Virus record (IMG/VR): IMGVR_UViG_3300009103_000014
Location: 1 to 64,000 of that record
Source: a virus
Taxonomy: Duplodnaviria; Caudoviricetes
DNA length: 64,000 nucleotides
Direction: 5' to 3' (one strand)
Shown one piece after another: positions 27,468 to 37,605 of this stretch. Both the position numbers and the translations under genes were made by a program. Position 1 is the first letter of the stretch; the number at the start of each line of letters is the position of its first letter. Under the pieces are notes generated by a model, which was not told the origin of the DNA, ran no database searches, and saw only the letters and a list, made by a program, of their open reading frames with translations.

Positions 27468-28182
27468 TTGGAGTTTTATTAAAAATCAAGTTGCTTTAGT
27501 ATATTGGGATTATCGTAAATTCCTAGACGATAAAATTGATACTATGGATGAAAGTGGTGATACTGGTTTTATATTAACTAAAGCAAACCATGACGAACTT
27601 AAAGATATGTTTGCTTTTGAATATTCAGGCCCTGTTATTGAACTAGGTATTCTAAAAGCTATACAAAAATCTGAATCAAAATTTGCTATTATACAGGCAC
27701 CAGGTAGTGTTATTGCTCGTGAATTTACTATTAGGGCTATAAACTATATGGAAAAAAATACTGAGTGTAGTGTTCTAGCTACCCATATACACAAAGTTGA
27801 TACCGAAGGTGATCGTTGGTGGGGTTTAATGCCGTATGTTATAGTTGTAAATTTAGTACATTTTAAAGAAGCCGGTAGATTATTTTTTGGCAATCGTAGA
27901 GACGGTCCAGATGCTGGACAATTATTTCCTGAAATAGTAGATAACGATGGCATATTAACATCAACTGGTACAGATATACCTCCTCCAAGTAATAAATTGT
28001 TCTATGGATGGAATTGGATATGTAAATTTTTACAAAAAGGATATGAAATTCATAAATTTGATAACAGAATAAATCCATTCAGACAATTTGTGTACTATGA
28101 ATCAGAAAAAGATTTGAAAAAGCACAATTGGTTGCTAGAGAATATGACTGATTATATTGAGGACGGCGAACTTGACATCTGA
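27460..28182 (+). CDS. Hypothetical protein, possibly a degenerate GT-A-like fold
   Basis: Overlapping operon member; weak resemblance only. Confidence 0.55.
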   Translation: MISWSFIKNQVALVYWDYRKFLDDKIDTMDESGDTGFILTKANHDELKDMFAFEYSGPVIELGILKAIQKSESKFAIIQAPGSVIAREFTIRAINYMEKNTECSVLATHIHKVDTEGDRWWGLMPYVIVVNLVHFKEAGRLFFGNRRDGPDAGQLFPEIVDNDGILTSTGTDIPPPSNKLFYGWNWICKFLQKGYEIHKFDNRINPFRQFVYYESEKDLKKHNWLLENMTDYIEDGELDI

Positions 28183-29362
28183 TTTTAACAAAGATTTTAA
28201 CAAATACAAAGTTGATGATAACGAATATCCTAATGCCCAAAGGATATTAGAATCTAAAGTTGACTTAATATTAGTAAACCCAAACGAAGAAACATATTTC
28301 TATAGTTTACTTGTTAATAACGTTGTTAATAATGTACAAACTGTTAAAACACTAAAAGAAGCACTCGAATATAAAAGTAACTATGCTATTATTGTAGAGC
28401 ATAATGCTAAATTTTGTGAAACATTGTTTATTGAAATGTTAATCAAACACATTCGTGAACAAAAAAATATTAGTACTGGTAACATTCATCTTTTAAAACA
28501 AAGAGACCCTTTAATAGTTCGTGGTGGACAAGGAAACACTTTAGAAGATTGTATTACTGACAAAACATTAGAAGAATTTTCTACTCTTGACAGACCTGTT
28601 TGTAATGATTTAACAACATTAAAAATTGATGAATCAATTAGTCCTTGGCGGAGTAATATTTTTGCTTTTAATACAGAAATATATATAAACCCTTTTGAAA
28701 AAATTAACAACAAAGAATTTGGTCACTATATGATGGTTGCTTCGGGTTGGTTATGGGCATGGTTATTACATACTAATAATTGGAACCCAAGAGAAAATCA
28801 ATATGTAACATTATTCGATGTTAGTGGGTTACAATTATTATTTGTAGAAAACTTAATAAGTTATTGGTCTCCGTGGGACCAATCTTATACTGACTTTGTT
28901 ATGTCAAATGATCTTGCTAAAAGTATAATGATTAAATCTGGATGGATTGAAGATTTTTCAGAGGAAAGAATTAAAGAGAGTAAAGAACATTTAGATTCTT
29001 TATGGGATCAAGAAATGAAAAGATGGGGCGATGAACAATCATTTCTAGAATTTTTTCGAGAACTACAATGGGCATCAGCTAATGGTAAACTATCTTATGC
29101 TAATTTAAATATTATAAGTGATGGTTATATAACAAAAAAATTAGCATCTTCAACAAATGGAAGAACTTTTTGGTTTGTAAGTAACATCTTTACTAGTCAT
29201 GCTAGTCGTATGTGGTCGAATGGTAGTAAAGAAAACGAACTAGACTGGTATGAGGTATTTAAAAAGAGACTAAACAAAAAAGATATTATATATGGACGTT
29301 ATCCAATTTTTGATGAAAAAGAAGATATAATTAGACCTGAAAAATCCCCAGAGGAAATATAA
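28157..29362 (+). CDS. SAM-dependent transferase-like protein (paralog 1)
   Basis: AFNTE, MMVASG, TLFDVSGLQL, NII and FWFVSNIF motifs, shared with the next gene. Start codon uncertain. Confidence 0.55.
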   Translation: MRTANLTSDFNKDFNKYKVDDNEYPNAQRILESKVDLILVNPNEETYFYSLLVNNVVNNVQTVKTLKEALEYKSNYAIIVEHNAKFCETLFIEMLIKHIREQKNISTGNIHLLKQRDPLIVRGGQGNTLEDCITDKTLEEFSTLDRPVCNDLTTLKIDESISPWRSNIFAFNTEIYINPFEKINNKEFGHYMMVASGWLWAWLLHTNNWNPRENQYVTLFDVSGLQLLFVENLISYWSPWDQSYTDFVMSNDLAKSIMIKSGWIEDFSEERIKESKEHLDSLWDQEMKRWGDEQSFLEFFRELQWASANGKLSYANLNIISDGYITKKLASSTNGRTFWFVSNIFTSHASRMWSNGSKENELDWYEVFKKRLNKKDIIYGRYPIFDEKEDIIRPEKSPEEI

Positions 29363-29363
29363 T

Positions 29364-30512
29364 ATGAAATATACTGAATACTATGAAATAATGAGAGACA
29401 ATTATTCTATTATAGTTCCTAAAACTATGAATCAAAATACTAAATTCTTTTCTAAAATAGTTTCATATTGTTTTGGTGATAGAATTTATTCTTCTGTTGA
29501 ACAATGTCCAACAGCTGGGTATTTTACTATTACTGACAACAATAAAAATATTAGTGAAGATATTTTAATGATGTTAGTACATCTTCAACATACAAAAAAA
29601 GCAGGTGAAGTTAAATCACATTGTGGTTCTATTATTGCTACCTATAATACATTTGATACTAATAACAAAGAAACATTAAACTCAAGTGATTATCAAGATG
29701 CTTTAACTATTACAGATGATTGGCAAACTAATAATTATTTTAGAAATGTAATTTCAATTTCATTAGGAGGATATACTTTAGTCCATCATATGTACAATAC
29801 TGAAAAATATTGGAATGGTGGTATAAAGAAAGCAATTCGTACTAAGGCAAACTTTGATCAATTTGTTATGTTACCGAGCGGATTAAAATTTGCTTGGATG
29901 TTACATAAATTAGGTTGGACACCTGATAAACCTTTAGTTCTTTTTGACATTAGTAGTCTTCCTATTGCTTTTGCTAAAGAAATGATACTATCATGGGATG
30001 GTTCTTATCCATTACATGATTGGGCGATAAAAGACCCTATTGCTAAAGGAGTACTATTAGCTAGTGGTCAATTACAAGAAGGTACAAGACCAGGAGCAGG
30101 ACCAAAAGAATGGGACGATCTTTGGCAAAGAGAAATTAAACTCTGGGACGGAATTGAAAATATTATCGACACTATGGCAGACTTAAAAGAAGCAGAAGTT
30201 AATAAAAACATTGTTTGGTGCTCTCTTAATGTTGTTACTGATTCAATGGGACAAGATATTATTTTTAAAAACTTAGATAATAAGCCTACAGTATTTTGGT
30301 TTAGTAATTGTTATAATACTAGTAGTACTGGTTCAATGATAGCAAGTGATGTTGATAACATTTATAACATTAAATCTAGATACAGCACATCTATTGACTT
30401 ATACCAAAACTTAAAATCTAAACTACCAAAAGATAGTTTAATAATAGGTAGCATTCCTGTTGAAGATTATGGAAGACATTCGGATGGTTGGGCTGGATTT
30501 GATTGGTTATAA
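29364..30512 (+). CDS. SAM-dependent transferase-like protein (paralog 2)
   Basis: MYNTE, VMLPSG, VLFDIS, NVV and FWFSNCY motifs. Confidence 0.55.
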   Translation: MKYTEYYEIMRDNYSIIVPKTMNQNTKFFSKIVSYCFGDRIYSSVEQCPTAGYFTITDNNKNISEDILMMLVHLQHTKKAGEVKSHCGSIIATYNTFDTNNKETLNSSDYQDALTITDDWQTNNYFRNVISISLGGYTLVHHMYNTEKYWNGGIKKAIRTKANFDQFVMLPSGLKFAWMLHKLGWTPDKPLVLFDISSLPIAFAKEMILSWDGSYPLHDWAIKDPIAKGVLLASGQLQEGTRPGAGPKEWDDLWQREIKLWDGIENIIDTMADLKEAEVNKNIVWCSLNVVTDSMGQDIIFKNLDNKPTVFWFSNCYNTSSTGSMIASDVDNIYNIKSRYSTSIDLYQNLKSKLPKDSLIIGSIPVEDYGRHSDGWAGFDWL

Positions 30513-31346
30513 AAGTTTATTAGCTTTAGTTAAATCATTAGACACTCTAGCATACATTTTTTTATAACTATCATTTTCATCTAATACAGGTTCTAAATAT
30601 TCAAATTTAACATTTATCTTAGGTGATATTACTAACAAGTTAATTACCCCGCTACTACCAAATATATTTTTTTCAAAATTATTATAATTATCTGGATTAA
30701 AATTCCTAACAGGACACCAATACATTTTTTCATATCCTAATTTTTTAAATCTAGTATATATATGAGTAAGATGTGTTTCATCATTACATTCAACAAATAC
30801 ACTAGGTAAATGTTTTGCCAATGTATGTTTGGCTCCTTTAAATACAGATAATTCTTCTCCTTCTACATCTACTTTTAAAAGATCTAATCTCGTAAATTGC
30901 ATTTGATCTAATCTCATTGTAGGAACTAGTTCCATATATTCGCCACTTGTATTTAAACTAGATTCACCGTAGTTGCCAGGTTTTTGAGGATTGTAATTAC
31001 TTAAATATCTATTACCAGCACTTCTACTTAAAGCATAAGGAAATACTGTAGCATTAGTAACTTTATTATCTAATAAATTACGTTCTAATAATCCTCTAGA
31101 ATATTCATTTGGTTCAAAGGCGTGTACATGACCTTTATGTGCTAATCTTGTAAAAGGTACTGTATGGGTTCCAATGTTAGCACCTATATCAGCTATATGC
31201 CAGTCTGGTTCTATTATTTGTTCTAAACACATTATTTCCCATTCACAATATTCGCCATATACATTTAAACTTTTTCCAATAATAATATCATTATCAAAAA
31301 AAGTATATGAACCGTGTCTACATTTTTTAGTTGTTATCATACCCAA
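30507..31346 (-). CDS. FkbM family methyltransferase
   Basis: DIGANIG, HAFEP, LLKVDVEGEE. Confidence 0.92.
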   Translation of the reverse strand: MGMITTKKCRHGSYTFFDNDIIIGKSLNVYGEYCEWEIMCLEQIIEPDWHIADIGANIGTHTVPFTRLAHKGHVHAFEPNEYSRGLLERNLLDNKVTNATVFPYALSRSAGNRYLSNYNPQKPGNYGESSLNTSGEYMELVPTMRLDQMQFTRLDLLKVDVEGEELSVFKGAKHTLAKHLPSVFVECNDETHLTHIYTRFKKLGYEKMYWCPVRNFNPDNYNNFEKNIFGSSGVINLLVISPKINVKFEYLEPVLDENDSYKKMYARVSNDLTKANKLL

Positions 31347-32038
31347 TTCTCTGCTATTATAGGATCATTAGCAAGTTCAGAAGGATTTGGACTACCATGA
31401 AAAACTAATACACTTGTATCATTATCTATTGTTGTAATATCTGAATTGTATTCTGTGGTACCCATTCTTTTTAATCCGCCGTTTAATACTTCCCATTTAT
31501 AACTCATTACCCATTTTTTAGGCCACCAAACTTTGTTGTCGCCTAAAATACTTGTTAACCAATCTTGGTCGCCTTTAAACTTATTAATAATTTTTGTTTT
31601 ATCATTTAAAAAGTCTACATAATATTTAACAAAAGAATTAGCCTTGAACATCATAACAGAACTATTACTTACATGGTAATCTGGCATAGAGTGTCTATTA
31701 AAATCTTGACATATATTAAATTCTTCTGGTGAATTCTCAAACAATTTATCTAATTGTCCTACAATTACAGTATCTAAATCTAAATATAATACAAGACCTT
31801 CCCATTGTTGTTCATTAAACATATTAGTTTTATACCACCAGGCTTTATTACCTTTTTGAAATTGTTCATCAACAGGAAGTTCTATAGGTATAACACCAGG
31901 TATATTTACATTTAACTCTGTTGTTAAGCAATAAAAATTAAAAGGTTGATGTAGATGTCGTTTGACGCTATTGTATAATTTCTGTACATAAGAAATATCA
32001 TACTTTGGTGGTACCCAAACACAAGCTACATTTACCAT
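31337..32038 (-). CDS. Glycosyltransferase (GT-A, GT8-like)
   Basis: YVQKLYNSV, WWYK, YLDLD (DxD), NSSVM, GDQD, VFHGSPNP. Confidence 0.85.
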   Translation of the reverse strand: MVNVACVWVPPKYDISYVQKLYNSVKRHLHQPFNFYCLTTELNVNIPGVIPIELPVDEQFQKGNKAWWYKTNMFNEQQWEGLVLYLDLDTVIVGQLDKLFENSPEEFNICQDFNRHSMPDYHVSNSSVMMFKANSFVKYYVDFLNDKTKIINKFKGDQDWLTSILGDNKVWWPKKWVMSYKWEVLNGGLKRMGTTEYNSDITTIDNDTSVLVFHGSPNPSELANDPIIAENWV

Positions 32039-32394
32039 TATACTTTTCTACCTATCGTTCTACGAACTATATCATTATGGTTAAACTCTGCCCAATACAA
32101 TTCAAAAGCAACACCATCTTCTATGCCCTCAAATTGATGGACCATTCCAGGCTTAACTACTGTAAAGTCTCCTGGACTTAAAATTGTTTCGTCTATTAAT
32201 CCGTCTTGATCATTATCTTGCCAAACACGAACAAGCATCTTTCCTGACTCTACAAAAAATCCGTTAAACTTATATTTGTGTTCATGTTCTGAACATTTAA
32301 ATCCTGCTTTAAATTCTATTCTATGAAATTCTAATACACCATTGGCGTGTATTAATTCTGTTTGTCCCCATACTTTTCCTGCTTTTACTGTCAT
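32038..32394 (-). CDS. Cupin (sugar isomerase-like)
   Basis: KVWG, CSEHEH, PGMVHQF. Confidence 0.85.
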   Translation of the reverse strand: MTVKAGKVWGQTELIHANGVLEFHRIEFKAGFKCSEHEHKYKFNGFFVESGKMLVRVWQDNDQDGLIDETILSPGDFTVVKPGMVHQFEGIEDGVAFELYWAEFNHNDIVRRTIGRKV

Positions 32395-33056
32395 GCTATA
32401 TCTCCTATTAATGGAAAAATCTTTGCTATAGCTATAGCACAGGCGTGAGCTATTTCCATGTGTTCTTTTTGTGTTCCGTGAGCACTTCTTAAATCAATAT
32501 AATGTACCCAGCTTCGTAAAGTACCATTCATATACAAAGTTGTTTTAGTTAATCCTTCTGGCAAAACTGCTCTAGCTTGTTCTTTAGCTATTCCGTTAGT
32601 TATTGCCCATTCATAAGCTCTTTCAGAGGCTTCTATGACTCCTTGTTGATACCTAAACCAATCCATAGTTAATTGAACATCTTCTGTTGGAATTGAATTT
32701 TGTCTATTAACAGGGTCTTGTAATCTTGTTTCTTTAGTAGTATACCAATCTTCCATTTGTGTAGGGTCAGCATAACGTTGACTAAATTCTTGAAAACTAA
32801 AACTACGATGTCTAACTATTTGATGAGCAATATCTCTTGTTGTTTTAATTTCCAAACAGGCATTAACCATTTCCAAAGGTGACCAATGTTGATGTTTAAT
32901 CAAATACTTAATTAACTTTTCACTAGTTGCTTTGTTTACTTGATTACTTGGATTGCTTACTTTGGCACAATAGGCTATTAACTCTTGTATATTATCAAGA
33001 CCTAAATGCTTATATTCGTCTGTAGGTTGTGTATACGATACTAATTTTACATTCAT
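32391..33056 (-). CDS. thyX: FAD-dependent thymidylate synthase
   Basis: HWSPLE, RHRSFSFQEFSQRY signature, KEQARAVLP, TLRSWVHY. Confidence 0.97.
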   Translation of the reverse strand: MNVKLVSYTQPTDEYKHLGLDNIQELIAYCAKVSNPSNQVNKATSEKLIKYLIKHQHWSPLEMVNACLEIKTTRDIAHQIVRHRSFSFQEFSQRYADPTQMEDWYTTKETRLQDPVNRQNSIPTEDVQLTMDWFRYQQGVIEASERAYEWAITNGIAKEQARAVLPEGLTKTTLYMNGTLRSWVHYIDLRSAHGTQKEHMEIAHACAIAIAKIFPLIGDIA

Positions 33057-33076
33057 AATAATTTCTCTATAATACT

Positions 33077-33105
33077 ATTATAACAAAACTTACAACAATG
33101 GTCAA
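33077..33105 (-). promoter_or_regulatory. Sigma70-type promoter TTGACC-N17-TATAAT
   Basis: Direct match upstream of thyX. Confidence 0.85.
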
Positions 33106-33747
33106 TCATTTTAAAAACACAGCCTCTTTTTTAAATTGTCTTGGTTGCCACTTATAGCCATGTGACGCTAATAGTTCTTTCATTTTTCTGTGGGTGTGTT
33201 TTTCTTGTTGACTTCGTCTAGGCAACTCTACTACTAAACATACGTCATTATTTTTTAAAGTTTCCAATGACCCTAGTATTACTTCTTCCTCTGTACCTTG
33301 TACGTCTATCTTTATATACCCAACGTTGGTTAAATTGTAACTATCTAATGTATGTACTGAAGTTGTTTCTCCACTATCTGTTGTTGCCCATTCACTATTT
33401 AAACTACCAGCACCACAATTTTTAGCATTTGAATACAATACTTGATCATCTTTTTCTTCTTTGCCTAATGCTAAATTATATAATGTATAGTTTTCACTAG
33501 TGACATTTTTTTCTAAACATTTACAGTTATCTAGGAAAGGTTCAAAAGCATGAACATGATTAAATTTTTCACAGAGAGGACTTGTCCAAAATCCAATATT
33601 AGCACCAATATCTATTGCTATTGTATTAAAGTCTTTTACCTTTTTAAGAGTAAAGTCTCTACTATACTTTTGATAATGCCCTTCAATTATTTGCTTTTCA
33701 AAGTGGTAGTCATAATCTGGCATCCACCAACCTTTTACATTTTTCAT
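33106..33747 (-). CDS. FkbM family methyltransferase
   Basis: DIGANIG, HAFEP, IKIDVQG. Confidence 0.9.
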   Translation of the reverse strand: MKNVKGWWMPDYDYHFEKQIIEGHYQKYSRDFTLKKVKDFNTIAIDIGANIGFWTSPLCEKFNHVHAFEPFLDNCKCLEKNVTSENYTLYNLALGKEEKDDQVLYSNAKNCGAGSLNSEWATTDSGETTSVHTLDSYNLTNVGYIKIDVQGTEEEVILGSLETLKNNDVCLVVELPRRSQQEKHTHRKMKELLASHGYKWQPRQFKKEAVFLK

Positions 33748-34412
33748 TTCATTACCACGTTTCGGTTATAACTATCCCAAGCAACAATATCATAATTGAG
33801 ATGTTCTCGACAATAATCTATTCCAGATGTATCACCTGCTTCTGCTTCTACTACTAGTACAGGTTTGTGTTTTAGAATAGTTTCTTTTGCGCCTGCTAAT
33901 ACTCTTGTTTCAAATCCATCAACATCTATTTTAATATAATCTACTTGAGGTATATCAAACTGATCCAAAGCATAAATTCTATGATCTTGCCAGTTTGTTT
34001 TTTCTCCTACCCTCTCAACCATCATATTAGCACCGCCACTAACTTTAATAACTTTTTCTGCTTCACCTAGTCCTGTATGAAATAAAGTTATTTTGTCTAG
34101 GGGTATGTTATGAGTAAAATATGCTCTTGGTCTATAATCAAAGCAATATACGTGATTAAAGTTGTTTGCTAGATACCTAGCATATTCTCCATCTCTACAT
34201 CCAATATCAATAGCATTATTAAACGAATCAATATGTGGTATACTGGCTACCCATGTAACTTTACAATGATGGTTTGGAAATTCTTTATTTCCATCAACAC
34301 TTTTAAAATAATCTCTTTCATACCAATCAGGCTGGTAACCACCTTCTACTGATTGGGGTAACTCGACAGGTTTAATTGGATACATCATGTTCATACCACC
34401 GTTCAATATCAT
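33744..34412 (-). CDS. FkbM family methyltransferase
   Basis: IDIGCRDG, IKIDVDGFE; true start likely 34385 or 34388. Confidence 0.85.
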   Translation of the reverse strand: MILNGGMNMMYPIKPVELPQSVEGGYQPDWYERDYFKSVDGNKEFPNHHCKVTWVASIPHIDSFNNAIDIGCRDGEYARYLANNFNHVYCFDYRPRAYFTHNIPLDKITLFHTGLGEAEKVIKVSGGANMMVERVGEKTNWQDHRIYALDQFDIPQVDYIKIDVDGFETRVLAGAKETILKHKPVLVVEAEAGDTSGIDYCREHLNYDIVAWDSYNRNVVMK

Positions 34413-35235
34413 TTTCTGTTAGCTTGTTAGTTTCGCCTTTCCATATTTCAATAATATGTGCTGGCTTATCACTTTTGTTTCTACCTTTATGCCAATACCC
34501 TTTTGCTATATCAACAGGATTAGCAGGAGCCAACGTCCACACATTTGCTCCATCAAATGGATTACCCATTAATGTCCAATTAACTAATACTTCAGCTTCA
34601 CCACTAACAAGGTTCCAAGTTTCACTTCTGTTTTGATGACGTTGCATACTCAAACTACTATGTGGGTTAATAACTAATTCTTTAACCATAAATCCTTTGC
34701 CTTTATATAAGTTTCTATAATGCCCCCAACTACGAACAACTTTAGGTGCCTTCCAATTTTCTAATAACCAACTACTTGAATTCTTTTTATCTTCTCCACC
34801 TACACCAAAAACAAATTGTACCTGGCTTTCATCATAATAATGAGAAACTTCTGGTATATTTTCTCTTGTTCGATCACCGCCATTAGCAAATATAACAGTA
34901 TCTTCCCAAGAAGCAGTTTTTGAACCTACGTTAAACACATTACCAGCAAGAACTTTTTCAATAGCATCTATGGCAGTTCCATCAGTCCAAACTTGGTCAC
35001 CATTTATATTTGTATCATTAAATGTAATAGCTTGATCTACACATCTTAATTCTTCAACAACAGCAAGACGCTCTTTCATAGGCATAAAAGGTTTTCCTTT
35101 TTTACGCCTTAACCATTCATCTGAATTAAGACCGACAACTAGTTTATCACCAAGTTTTCTTGCTTCTTTAAACAAAGCAATATGACCTGAATGTAATGGG
35201 TCAAATCCGCCAGTTACTAATACAATTTTAGACAT
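34372..35235 (-). CDS. Cytidylyltransferase-like domain fused to a mannose-6-phosphate-isomerase-type cupin
   Basis: TGGFDPLHSGH (HxGH), FANGGDR, KNSSS, then RSWG, SLSMQRH..RSETW and IIEIW. Confidence 0.9.
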   Translation of the reverse strand: MSKIVLVTGGFDPLHSGHIALFKEARKLGDKLVVGLNSDEWLRRKKGKPFMPMKERLAVVEELRCVDQAITFNDTNINGDQVWTDGTAIDAIEKVLAGNVFNVGSKTASWEDTVIFANGGDRTRENIPEVSHYYDESQVQFVFGVGGEDKKNSSSWLLENWKAPKVVRSWGHYRNLYKGKGFMVKELVINPHSSLSMQRHQNRSETWNLVSGEAEVLVNWTLMGNPFDGANVWTLAPANPVDIAKGYWHKGRNKSDKPAHIIEIWKGETNKLTENDIERWYEHDVSN

Positions 35236-35237
35236 TA

Positions 35238-35945
35238 TTATTGACTAGAGTATAGATTAATAACTTCCTTTTTCCAGATATCACTGTACTCACAATTCCT
35301 CATATTATCAAACCAAGGTCCTCCCAAGGTATAATGTAAAACTTTTGGTTTTACATCTGCTGTTTCTTTATACCAACCAACAAGCCAATTATAACTGTGA
35401 TGTAGACTACCTATTTCCGAATCATCTAACCAACTAAACCTATGGAGGTATTTTCCGGTGGTGTTAGGGTCGTTAATAAGCTCACTAGTTAACTTTTTAT
35501 TGCTAGGGTGTCCACAGTTAAACAAAACAACAGAACTCCAATTTTTCCGCGGATATGGTAGTTGTAACTGGTTATCCATTTTAGTACCTTCACTGATATT
35601 ATATTCATGTTGAACACACATTACAGCATATTTGTCATCTGCTTGATCAAATATTTCTTTAGCATCTGTTAAAAATACCATATCACAATCGCAGAACATA
35701 GCCCAGCCTTCATAGTTGTTTAAAAATGGAACTAAAAATCTAGTAAACGTAAATTCTGTACTACCTAACTTATCTACTTCTCTAGTATATGCGCCTTTAT
35801 CTCTTAACTCATTTTGTTTTAACGGTAATACATTTGTTGTTTTAGATCTCTTAAGAATACTATGCTCACAAACTTGATAAGCAATATCCTCTCTACTATC
35901 CCATCCTATATAAACGTTATTCATTTTATCCTCTGAATTCTCCAC
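35238..35945 (-). CDS. Glycosyltransferase (GT-A)
   Basis: YIGWDSRE, STEFTFTRFLVP, FCDCDM, YPRKNWSS, HYTLGGPWF. Confidence 0.88.
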   Translation of the reverse strand: MENSEDKMNNVYIGWDSREDIAYQVCEHSILKRSKTTNVLPLKQNELRDKGAYTREVDKLGSTEFTFTRFLVPFLNNYEGWAMFCDCDMVFLTDAKEIFDQADDKYAVMCVQHEYNISEGTKMDNQLQLPYPRKNWSSVVLFNCGHPSNKKLTSELINDPNTTGKYLHRFSWLDDSEIGSLHHSYNWLVGWYKETADVKPKVLHYTLGGPWFDNMRNCEYSDIWKKEVINLYSSQ

Positions 35946-36648
35946 TACGTCCTGCTTTTTTTCTTCGTGGTCCTTTTGTGTGATCGTATATTTGTCCTAA
36001 TATACTTCTACATTGAACATGACCTTTTTGATCATCGCCAATGTTATGGTTTAAAGTTCCTTTTTCATTTTCAAATTTTAATCTTACTACGTCCCATATC
36101 CAACTGTCGTGCCATTCTTGTTCATTATAAAGCAAATCTGAATCGTACATTTCTTTCATTGCTTCAGCAAATTGTTTAGTATGCGGATGTTTTAAATTAA
36201 AATATAGATAACCACACTCGCTATAATCTGGTCTCGGTCTACCTAAATAAGTTAACATACAATCATCGCGATGTATATGTTCCTTCATCCATTCTATATC
36301 AATCGGATTATAAAATACACTATCGGCATCTATACATATTAATCCATCTGTACCTGCTTTAATTTGTTTTAATATTTCATGTATATAAACATATACTTTG
36401 TAACAAAACCTAACAGCATCAAACTTAAAAGTATCATTTCTAAGATCTGGAACTTCCCTGTCTTTATTTCTTTCAACAAACTCTTTACATTGTGGTATAA
36501 TATCAAAAGTATTTTCATGCTCAACTTCGGGTATGCTATCTTCACTGTAAACAGTTAATTCAAACGGCCAATTATATGTTCTCATGAACCGATGAGCATA
36601 CTCATCATATAATCGTTTATTAAAAGTTGTTACACAATTTATTTTCAT
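35926..36648 (-). CDS. Glycosyltransferase-like (GT-A)
   Basis: FDAVRFCYKV, IDAD (DxD), SECGY, EWHDSWIWD, DHTKG. Confidence 0.8.
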   Translation of the reverse strand: MKINCVTTFNKRLYDEYAHRFMRTYNWPFELTVYSEDSIPEVEHENTFDIIPQCKEFVERNKDREVPDLRNDTFKFDAVRFCYKVYVYIHEILKQIKAGTDGLICIDADSVFYNPIDIEWMKEHIHRDDCMLTYLGRPRPDYSECGYLYFNLKHPHTKQFAEAMKEMYDSDLLYNEQEWHDSWIWDVVRLKFENEKGTLNHNIGDDQKGHVQCRSILGQIYDHTKGPRRKKAGRSGEFRG

Positions 36649-36923
36649 TCTGCTATCTCGTCTACTATCATATTAAATGTTTCTTCGCCTAGTAAATGAT
36701 AAAGTCCGACTACTAATAAAATAAACCATAATAACCAAAATACATAGTAACCTAGTTTTTTCCAACCTAAACCACAAACTTTATATACTGTTTCCATTGG
36801 CAAATACTTTTCAAATAGTGTTGTTATATCCCATACATATCTAAATAGTAAGACATAACAAAACCATCTAACGTATTTGTTTGGTACTGTCTTTTCGTTT
36901 ATAGTCTGATCGTATTTTTTCAT
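36645..36923 (-). CDS. Small membrane protein
   Basis: Hydrophobic helices; translationally coupled to its neighbours. Confidence 0.65.
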   Translation of the reverse strand: MKKYDQTINEKTVPNKYVRWFCYVLLFRYVWDITTLFEKYLPMETVYKVCGLGWKKLGYYVFWLLWFILLVVGLYHLLGEETFNMIVDEIAE

Positions 36924-37393
36924 ACTTTGTACTCAAAATTTTGTGTTGTAGGATTAATATTAATTAATCTAGCACCATTTCTAATATGGTAATGTGTGGC
37001 CATAGGTGTTAATGGTGATAAAGTCATTATGCTATCTACTTTATCTTTTGCTTTCATGTATCTTAAAAGCTCTTCCATAATCTTTTTCCCTGCTCCTTTT
37101 TTCAAAGACCATACTGTATATGCTACTGCTATTTTACCTTCATCTTTACTCATCAAATCTAGTTCTTTAACAGTAGTAGGTATATCATCTGTATAAGCAA
37201 CACAAATTACACCTTCTATCTCATCTTTATATTTTAAACCAAATATTTTTCTACCTTTTTCTTTTCGAAATTCATTACTTAATTCTGGTCTTACTGGATC
37301 ATGTGCTGGGTCTATTTTATCTAACTCTACTAATTCTGACCGTGAAATCCAACTAAAAAAATCAAAATCATAATTACCTATTTTCATTATCAC
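36920..37393 (-). CDS. GNAT-fold protein resembling the malonyl-CoA decarboxylase catalytic domain
   Basis: AYTVWSLKKGAGKKI, TLSPL, HYHIRNGA. Confidence 0.65.
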   Translation of the reverse strand: MIMKIGNYDFDFFSWISRSELVELDKIDPAHDPVRPELSNEFRKEKGRKIFGLKYKDEIEGVICVAYTDDIPTTVKELDLMSKDEGKIAVAYTVWSLKKGAGKKIMEELLRYMKAKDKVDSIMTLSPLTPMATHYHIRNGARLININPTTQNFEYKV

Positions 37394-37596
37394 CCTTCAT
37401 CTTTCCTACTTCCTATATCTGTAATATTGCCACCATCATCGTCAACCCTTTTTTGTTGACTACTATGTAGCTGGGCGACAATTATTGTACATACAGCTAA
37501 CATAGGTATAACGTAAATCATTTTATCGGTTAGATATGCCATAAGATATGTTGGTACTAGTATTATTAGAATAGCATATACAGTCTTTTTAATCAT
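37390..37596 (-). CDS. Small two-TM membrane protein
   Basis: Two hydrophobic segments and a charged tail. Confidence 0.65.
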   Translation of the reverse strand: MIKKTVYAILIILVPTYLMAYLTDKMIYVIPMLAVCTIIVAQLHSSQQKRVDDDGGNITDIGSRKDEG

Positions 37597-37605
37597 ATTT
37601 AATTC

